Source: Octopus vulgaris (Eukaryota). Taken from it: a stretch of DNA of 64,000 nucleotides. Of the stretch, positions 55,883-64,000 are shown in pieces. Under the pieces are notes generated by a model that searched no databases, was not told the origin of the DNA, and saw nothing but the letters and a program-made list of their open reading frames with translations. Numbering within the stretch: the stretch's first letter is position 1; the number at the start of each line of letters is the position of its first letter. The stretch lies in NCBI GenBank assembly GCA_951406725.2, contig OX597816.1, positions 50,840,001 through 50,904,000 of the forward strand, written 5' to 3'. Made by a program: the position numbers and the translations under genes.

Positions 55883-57220
55883 TAGGAATCCCCAAACAAC
55901 GGCCCGCGGGCAGGATCCGGCCCGCAACGTCAATTTGTCCGGTCCGCTATCGTATGCTTAAAAAAATACACGTACTTTTATTCTGCTTCATACAATTCTT
56001 AGATTACGCATGTCGTATGTATACTGAGTAAGTCACCTCACGTGCTACGTATTTCACGCGCCATACTACAGTACATCACGTTTACTTAGGGTTAGTCAGT
56101 TATTAGTTATTGCAATTAAAACGAGAATATCTGACGCCGAGGCCTAAGACTGCTTTTGATTTTTGTTTTTTCACACATTTTTATGGCTACTAAGAAGAGA
56201 AAGGTTGATGTTGAATGTCGCATTTTCAAGAAAGAATGGGAAGAGAAGTACTTCTTTGTGGAAAAAACGACCAGAAAGCTAGTTGCCTGATATGCAACGA
56301 AAGTGTTGCTGTCATGAAAGAGTGAAATGTTCGTTATCACTACGTAACGAAACATCTCTCAACATATTCTAAATATTCTGGAAAAATGCGGTCCGAGAAA
56401 TTTGAATCTATGAAACGTAGTGTGGAATCTCAAAGGAATTTCTTTACGACAAAAGTTTGTTGAAAGTTAATCTATCACTCGTGTAAGTTACAAAATAGTG
56501 AATAAGTTGGCAGAGCAATGAAAACCATTTACTGACGGAAACTTTATAAAAGAGTACATGATGGAAGCAGCAAATGACTTGTGTCCTAAAAAACCTAACA
56601 TATGTGGCAGTATCAGCCTTTCAGCAAGTTTAATTGTGCGGAGAATAGAACTTGGAGAGAATATACAGTTATAGATTCACGACAAAATTAAGAATTTTTG
56701 TGGTATTCTCTTGCAATGGATGAGTCTACTGCTACTGATCTCTCTAGCATGTCACAAATTCATGTGTTCATTCGTGGTATTACTTGCAACTTTGAGGTTA
56801 TAGAAGAAATGGTAGTATACATAGAGCAACAACTGGAGAAGATACATTCATAGAGGTGCAGAAAAGTTTGCAAAACGATAACCTTCAGTGGAATCAGCTT
56901 CGGTGTGTTACAGTCGATGGAGGGGAAAACATGTCAGGAGTGAGGAAGAGTTTGGCAGGGCGGATCCAAACCAATTTGGAGGAGCTTCAAATTCCGAAAG
57001 CTCTGTTTATACACTGCATTATACATCAGCAAAAATCTATGGAAAACACTTAGATATTTCTTGCGTACTAAAACCGGTTACAATTGTGGCGAACTTTCTT
57101 TGGAATCATGGGCTTAATCACAGACGGTTCCAGGCTTTCCTTCAAGAAATGGATTCTAATTTCTCTGTCTTGCCTTACTACACTGAAGTGGGATGGCTCA
57201 GTTGCGGTAAAGTATTTTTC
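55883..57220 (+). mobile_element. hAT (Buster/SPIN/GTF2IRD2-like) transposon, 5' end and pseudogenised transposase
   Basis: 5' end TAGGAATCCCCAAAC.ACGGCCCGCGGG..GGATCCGGCCCGC; ATG at 56183 MATKKRKVDVECRIFKKEWEEKYFFV; YSLAMDEST, VTVDGGENM, HCIIHQQ, GLNHRRFQAFL, YYTEVGWLSCGKV; multiple stops and frameshifts; 3' truncated. Confidence 0.9.
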
Positions 57221-58892
57221 TTAAATAATATAACAGTTCTCGCTGAAAATATCGATGTTGTCAAGGGGGCTGAATTGTATGCATCTACATGTAACCACAG
57301 ACACACATACAACGTTTCGTTGAGTTAACTTAACTTGAACTTTGATTTTGTGTTTTGTGCTTCGGAACCGCACAATATTTTAATCTCGGTATAGAAATAA
57401 AATAAAGTATTTCAAAACAATTACAAACAATACGTGTATATCTGATAGGTAGCACATTAAGCTGATTCAACACTGTGCTGAAGCAATGTACAGCAGATAA
57501 GTGTAAAAGCAATGTTTAAGCTGTTCCGTTCCTTTCGAAGTTGCCTCATCATTAATTTTCGATCCCAATTTATTGCTTCCCTAGTAATATTACATAGCTG
57601 GATTGGAGAGAATAAATAACAACATACTCTACATTCTCCTTTTTGTAAAATATTTTTTCTGGCAGTATTATAAGAAAATGATGGACGTTGAAGGACTTGT
57701 CGTAAATCGCTTAATTCCAGTCGGTAACGTGTTCCTTTCTTAGTTACTGATAATATAAATACGAGTAACGATAATTAAAGTAACAAAAGATAAGTTCACC
57801 AATTTTCTTACCAATACAATTGTTAAAGTACAGAGAATTTAATATTCTTACTTTTCATAAGAAGCAACAGTCAAAATGCCAGTCAAACGACACTTTGTAA
57901 TGAATAGAGCAACCGTACTAGACATTTAAGCTTATTTACTGCTGAGACCTGAACTTGGATATCAATGGGGATTAATGCCGAATGATTTCAAGTACATCGA
58001 TAATGAAATTAAGAGGTAAAAATTGAATGTTGTTTAATTTCATGTGAAGAATCAATATGGCATTATTGTGACATACAGAAAGAAAATGACTTTAGGCATG
58101 GAATTATTTTCTTAAATCTATTCATATCAAATTGTTTTAGATTGATTTAATTTGTATAAGTGAAGACATAAAAATGTCAAACAATTCAATTTTAAACGAA
58201 ATTTAAAGAAAATGTAATTTCATTGTTATTCAGAATGTTCTACTTTGAGAAAAAATGTGGAAGAGAAAATAAAAAATAAGCGAACAGAATAGCATATTAA
58301 TAAGTGTACTAGAATATATAAGCATTCCACGTGACTTGGCATATTCATAATGGGTGTATAATTGCGCGTTACTTTATTAAACCAGACCCGAACTTTAGAG
58401 ATCACTCAGAATTTCGATTCATAGAATTGTAAACAATTTCTTATAGTTTACATTTTACAATCTTTCAGGCAACGAAATGCGTCAAAATGACATAGCCATT
58501 TAGATTCTCTCTTTGACAAACTCAGGAAAACACCGCATTTTTTTTTTCGTTTTTTTTTTTTGTATGCTAAATTAGAGAACTTGTGATATGAGGCAGTCGG
58601 CTCAAGTGGGATATGTCAAATAGAACGCAAATTTTTGTGGATTGCCAAATTGCCTGCGTACTAATTTCTGGCCTAGTGCCAGAACTTTTTGATTCAGTTC
58701 CATGTTACTTAAAGTTTCACAGGCTTCCCAAAGCTATTCGTTCAGGCTCAGATTACCGAATAATTTGATGAATCGGTTTTCTGACCTGGACTAGCTCGGT
58801 TTCTATGAGAAACGAATTAAAACGCATTGAAACGAATCAAACTGTTTTACACCGTAATATATGAAACTACTACTAAACGAGTACTACTCGCT

Positions 58893-58966
<74 letters not shown>

Positions 58967-58992
58967 TGTGTATGCGTATGTGTGTGTATGTA

Positions 58993-59437
58993 TAGTTATC
59001 ACCAAGCTAAAATGGAAGTCCAGAAAAATAGGACGAAATGCTGCCGTTCCTTTGCTCCAAGAGGCCATCGTCTCTAACTAGCTATGTGATACACAAACCT
59101 CTATCCATTATAACCTTCCAGGGGTGGGAGGTCAGCAGATTCCCCTTGTTGTTTTGACACCCACAGACTAGTTTCGAGGTAGTTGCCTCTTATCAATGTG
59201 GAATAGCCGAACCCAGCAGGCGTCGCTGTTGACTGACTGTTCGTAGGATATTTTTACCTAAATTCAGTGGAACACATCTACTGATTTTCTAAAATAGAAA
59301 TATTCCTTGTTCGAAGGTTATAATGGACACCGGTTTGTGTGTCACATAGCTAGCTAGAGGCGATGGCCTCTTGGAGCTAATGAACAGCAGAATTCGTCCT
59401 ATATTTCTGGACTGCCATATTAGATTAGCGATAACTA
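58993..59437. mobile_element. MITE with ~125-bp imperfect terminal inverted repeats
   Basis: 58993-59118 is the reverse complement of 59313-59437 (e.g. CTCCAAGAGGCCATCG/CGATGGCCTCTTGGAG, CCATTATAACCTTC/GAAGGTTATAATGG); termini TAG..CTA. Confidence 0.85.
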
Positions 59438-59488
59438 TTAATATTCAGTACCACTGCCGTAGTCAGCTTTAAAGAGAATTAGAATAAT

Positions 59489-59520
<32 letters not shown>

Positions 59521-59524
59521 CGTA

Positions 59525-59675
59525 TGCGGCAATGCTGGATTACCCCCTTCAACTGTCTTGTTTTTTCGAAATAATTTTATGCATAGCCCTATTCTGCCAG
59601 CTCCTTGTCAAACCCCTAGGTTACGGGGACGTAAACATACCAACACCGGTCGTCAGGCGATGATGGGACACAAAG
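59525..59675 (-). mobile_element. Decayed family A SINE 3' part
   Basis: GTTACGGGGACGTAAACA.ACCAACACCGGTCGTCA.GCGATG. Confidence 0.55.
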
Positions 59676-62427
59676 ACTCAAAGCCACTCATATACATTGA
59701 TATATCCATACATACCCATATACACACAAACATGTACACATATTTGTGTATATATTGTCGATTGTGGGTCACGACCTTCATTACATAAACTTGATGATTG
59801 CGTAACACATGGAAATACTAGTTTATTTCAATATTGTAAAATTGTGAAATTGTAACTATTGCAAATAACAAAATGTGAAAATCCTTCTAAGTTCGAATTT
59901 CATTGATTTATATGTAGTCATTGGAAAGGCATGTGGAGAATATATTTAATAATTGCCAGCTTTGTAAATGATGCACGATGATTTGTAAACGAAGTGTTTA
60001 TGCTCTTGCTTGCTCTGACGATAATGTATCAAATAAATCTAAGCTAGAGATATATTATTAATTGTATGTAAACGCCCGGCCACAATAAAGATACGGCAAT
60101 TCATCGAACGGGTACCAAATATTATCAACGCTGACCCTAGCCAATCAATGACGATCATCCGAAAAAACCTAACGTCTCGGAGTGAACTATTACAATATTA
60201 ACATGCACGGACATACAAGTTGTGTGTAGCATTGACAGATAAATCCAGTCTGCAAAGGCATAGGAATATTGTTTCAGAAGTGACAAGTCGTTACTTAATA
60301 AACCTTGATGGTAGAAATTTCCGGTAGTTAAGTGCATGGAAAGCCATGGTATCCCACCTCATATATTTCTACAGTGTCCTAGAATTCGTGAACAACCAGG
60401 ACGAGTTTGAAATGACAATCATTTCAGCTGCTACCTCTCTTCTCTATATAACAATATATAGTACATTTTCAAACAGATTGCGCTCATTTTATCATATGTA
60501 AATATTTTGTGTGAACCAGAATATATGTACCTGTCATCGGTATATATACATACATACTTACATACGTGCATACATACATACATAAGTACATACATACTTA
60601 CATACATACATACACATACATATATACATAGAAACACACGACGCGTACACATAAGTATTAGTATAGTCGAATAACTACATCAAATCTCACCTGAAATCTA
60701 TCGGCTGAATATATATTAATGCCTGCTTCTGATCTCAGAAGCCAAGTACAAAGCATTATTCGCGAGTACATCCATAAAAGACCTTGTATTAATAACATCC
60801 TTCTAATAAAACAACATATTGCGTCAAACACAACGTGATAAATGATAAAATGTGCCACAAATTTGCGGAAGAGAGGCAGAAGTGATTTAACCAAATAACT
60901 TATTGCAATGCTCCATTCTAACCACTAATTCCCAAATACTACGACACGTATAATGATCAGTTCATTCAAAACCCTTTTGATCAACCGAAACTTCGTCTAA
61001 TTTAAAGGAGAAAATGTAAAAGTTTATTGAACGTTCTTGTATGTTCCAATACTATTAAGTCTATAAATAAATTGAACTGAATGGACATAGGTTCAAAGAA
61101 TATGCATGTGTTCGTGCGTGTGTGTGAGAGAGAGAGTGAGAGTATGTGTGTGAGTGTATATGTATATGTGGATGTATGTATAACCAGAGTCAATTATTCC
61201 TTTTGCCGGAGTTTTTCTACTTGATGTGAGCCAGGCATAACACTGAAATATATAACAGCATTTGTCTTGGTATTTTGGTTGCCAGTGCATAGGAGAGTTA
61301 CACCGATATGAATATTGAATGTGTGAGGTGGCAAGGGAATTATTTGGCTTATTTATTTCCATGCACCCTTGCTTATAAATTGCGATAAACTCAAAAAAGT
61401 CAATACTTTTTTTTATATTTCGATTGTCTTTTGGACTGTTTTACAAATGAGATTATAGTAATTTTGCATCTAACTTGCCTAGTGATATAGAATAAGCAAA
61501 ACTCTGAAACGCGATCACAGACAGTGCTATTTCATTTTATCTTCCTTTAATTCTAGGTCCAAAATATTTGAGAAGGCGTATGTTATGTTTTATAGTTTTT
61601 GAATATCGTTAAAATAAATGCGAACAGTGAGGCGTCTTGATTTTTCAAGGCGAAAAGTAGGACCTACAAAAACTGCTGTTTGAAGGAAACATACAGTGAA
61701 CTCGTATCGCGTGTTACTTTTGCGGGGGTCATATAGCGACAATGAATTACTATTGAGCCGATGCTTTTATGTAACTTTTGTTCCTAGTTGAATGCATTTA
61801 GAAATGTGTACCGGAAATATTTATAAAACTCCATTTACCTAAAACGTACAAGTACTACCGGCACGCAACGAGAAATAAAAAAAGGAAGAGAAGAACACAA
61901 GAGCGTTCTTTCTTCAGTTGGACATGAGATAGGAAAAAATATCTAATAAATGCTGTATGAAGTTTCTTACCATAAATATTCTAAGAAAATCTTTAGCTGT
62001 ACAGTTTCTGAATCTGTAAATAACGATCATTACATCATGGTAAAAGAAATCTTCCGCGACATTTGAAGGCAGCATGATCAGTAAAGCTCCACAGTTGCAA
62101 TATTTATTTTCTTTGATCTTAGTTATAAGTAAAATTTCGGATGGGTTATCGATTTTTCTTTACCTGTTTCTGAAGTTGATGTGATTACTATATATTAGCT
62201 GAGGCCAATTCAATTGATTGAAGCACTCCCTTAAAAAATTTCGTAACTTCACAATACTCGAGATTCAACTCAAACTGTAGTATTTAGTTTTATACTTCAC
62301 AAATTCTTGTCAAATTTTCATTTAATATACATTGAACTTCGCGCGTTTAATATCAGTAAAATAAGAGCCATTATTATAACTATGATTCTCCTCTAAAATA
62401 ATTATATTTATAGCTAATAAAATTGCG

Positions 62428-62530
62428 TGGAGGCGCGTGGCTTACTGGTTAGGGTGTTAAATTCATGATCGTAAGATTGTGGTTCCTGGACCGGGCGATT
62501 CGTTGTGTTCTTGAGCAAAACACTTAATAT
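62428..62530 (+). mobile_element. tRNA-like SINE head (family D-related)
   Basis: GGAGGCGCGTGGCTTACTGGTTAGGGTGTT..TCCTGGACCGGGCG..TTGAGCAAAACACTT. Confidence 0.75.
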
Positions 62531-62877
62531 GTCCAGGTAGGAAATATATACGCCACTGAAACCGTGAAACCGGCCCTTATGAGCCTGGTAGAGCTCGAGA
62601 AGGAACATTTAGTTTTAAATTAAATTGATGTTATCTGTCTATCGCAACATGTGTGTAACTATTACAAATTATTGAGCAGAAACCCGTTCCTTATCAATAA
62701 TAACATCAGCAAAAGTGTATTTCAACACTAGGCAAATATTCTTTTAAAAAAACTTTCCTTTAATTTTTCCAAATATTAATTGGTTTCCATAGTTACAGTT
62801 GGTAAAGTCTCAATGACTGGAACCGGTACTGAAATGTTTTTATAGAATTATTTTAGCATTTTCTACCTTGATTTTTT

Positions 62878-62932
<55 letters not shown>

Positions 62933-62937
<5 letters not shown>

Positions 62938-63111
62938 ATAGAAATGGTAAGACAAAAAAAGAACGAAAGAAACCTCGATATTATGTAAATAGAGGAATTT
63001 ATCTGTAAATGTATTATGTGACAATTATTCGGTAGCCATGATAAAACTTCGAGTTTCGGATGTCGGGATAGAAATCCACGTCGCCATCTCTTCAGATATC
63101 CGTCCGGCCGG

Positions 63112-63113
<2 letters not shown>
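62933..63113 (-). mobile_element. Family 2 repeat with hammerhead-like motif at 63040-63100
   Basis: Near-identical to 3293-3470; minus strand GATAT-CTGAAGA-GATG..CATC-C-GAAACTCGAAGTT-TTATC. Confidence 0.72.
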
Positions 63114-63154
<41 letters not shown>

Positions 63155-63289
63155 GAGGGCATTATACATACATGCCAGAGGCATTATACATACATGCCAC
63201 ACGCTAAGAGGGACAATTAGTCATTTCTACCAAAAATATTACTAATCCCACCGAATGCAATTTTTCAAAGTAAGACATTTAAAAAATAT

Positions 63290-63337
63290 AGACCTGTATC
63301 ACAGTGATTTCATACTTACGTATTCATCAGCAGGCCT
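63290..63337 (-). ncRNA. Type I hammerhead ribozyme motif (left arm, minus strand)
   Basis: Exact reverse complement of 63848-63895. Confidence 0.8.
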
Positions 63338-63847
63338 GGATGTATCATACATAAACGACCCTGCCTCGCTTAAGCCGATCAGCTAACTGATCAACATCAA
63401 CGAAGCACATGGGTGAGTTTACATATATTACATCCGGTGAATGGCAGACTTTTACGAATTGCATTTCGGGAAGGAAAGTTTTTTCGGAATAAAAATTTAG
63501 CAATTAAGGACAACTACTTAATAAGGAAAACTTAACAAGAAGTTGTCAGGTAGATAGCCTGACATTAATATGTTCAATAAGAAATAATTATTTTCGAAAT
63601 TTTTTTCTCTTATGAGGTTTTCACGCTATCTACCTGACAATTTCTTGTTAAGTTTTCCTTATTAAGTAGTTGTCCTTAATTGCTAAATTTTTATTCCGAA
63701 AAAACCTTTCCTTTCCCGAAATGCAATTCGTAAAAGTCTGCCATTCACCGGATGTAATATATGTAAACTCACCCATGTGCTTCGCTGATGTTGATCAGTT
63801 AGCTGATCGGCTTAAGCGAGGCAGGGTCGTTTATGTATGATACATCC

Positions 63848-63895
63848 AGGCCTGCTGATGAATACGTAAGTATGAAATCACTGTGATACAGGTCT
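63848..63895 (+). ncRNA. Type I hammerhead ribozyme motif (right arm, plus strand)
   Basis: AGGCCTG-CTGATGA-ATAC-GTAA-GTAT-GAAA-TCA-CTG-TGA-TA/CAGGTCT: 7-bp stem I (one G-U), complete core, 4-bp stem II with GNRA loop, stem III, AUA cleavage triplet (predicted cut after 63888). Confidence 0.8.
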
Positions 63896-64000
63896 ATATT
63901 TTTAAATGTCTTACTTTGAAAAATTGCATTCGGTGGGATTAGTAATATTTTTGGTAGAAATGACTAATTGTCCCTCTTAGCGTGTGGCATGTATGTATAA

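Larger units (their letters stand above)
63155..64000. mobile_element. Young foldback element: ~380-bp near-identical inverted arms, 58-bp spacer (right end runs off the window)
   Basis: 63184-63562 is the reverse complement of 63621-64000 with about 6 differences by eye; left terminus GAGGG followed by a tandem 20-mer GGCATTATACATACATGCCA. Confidence 0.93.

Overview
AT-rich eukaryotic non-coding DNA dominated by microsatellites ((AT)n, (CA)n, (AAT)n, (AGAT)n) and decayed transposable elements. I infer from repeat make-up and recalled SINE families that it is a cephalopod (Octopus-like) genome; no database check was possible. No intact host protein-coding gene is supported, and almost all listed ORFs are microsatellite artefacts. 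Recognisable elements: several tRNA-headed SINE families, a CR1-like LINE fragment with a nested RTE 3' end, a Tx1/L1-like remnant, Penelope-like (PLE) RT/GIY-YIG remnants, mariner remnants (one nested in another), a SPIN/Buster-like hAT remnant and MITE/foldback elements. The most notable signal is a set of hammerhead-ribozyme (HHR) motifs. A near-perfect ~380-bp-arm foldback element at the window end (63155-64000) has a full-consensus type I hammerhead in each arm, one per strand. At least four other short repeat families carry minimal PLE-type hammerheads, and one of them appears fused behind a tRNA-like Pol III head.
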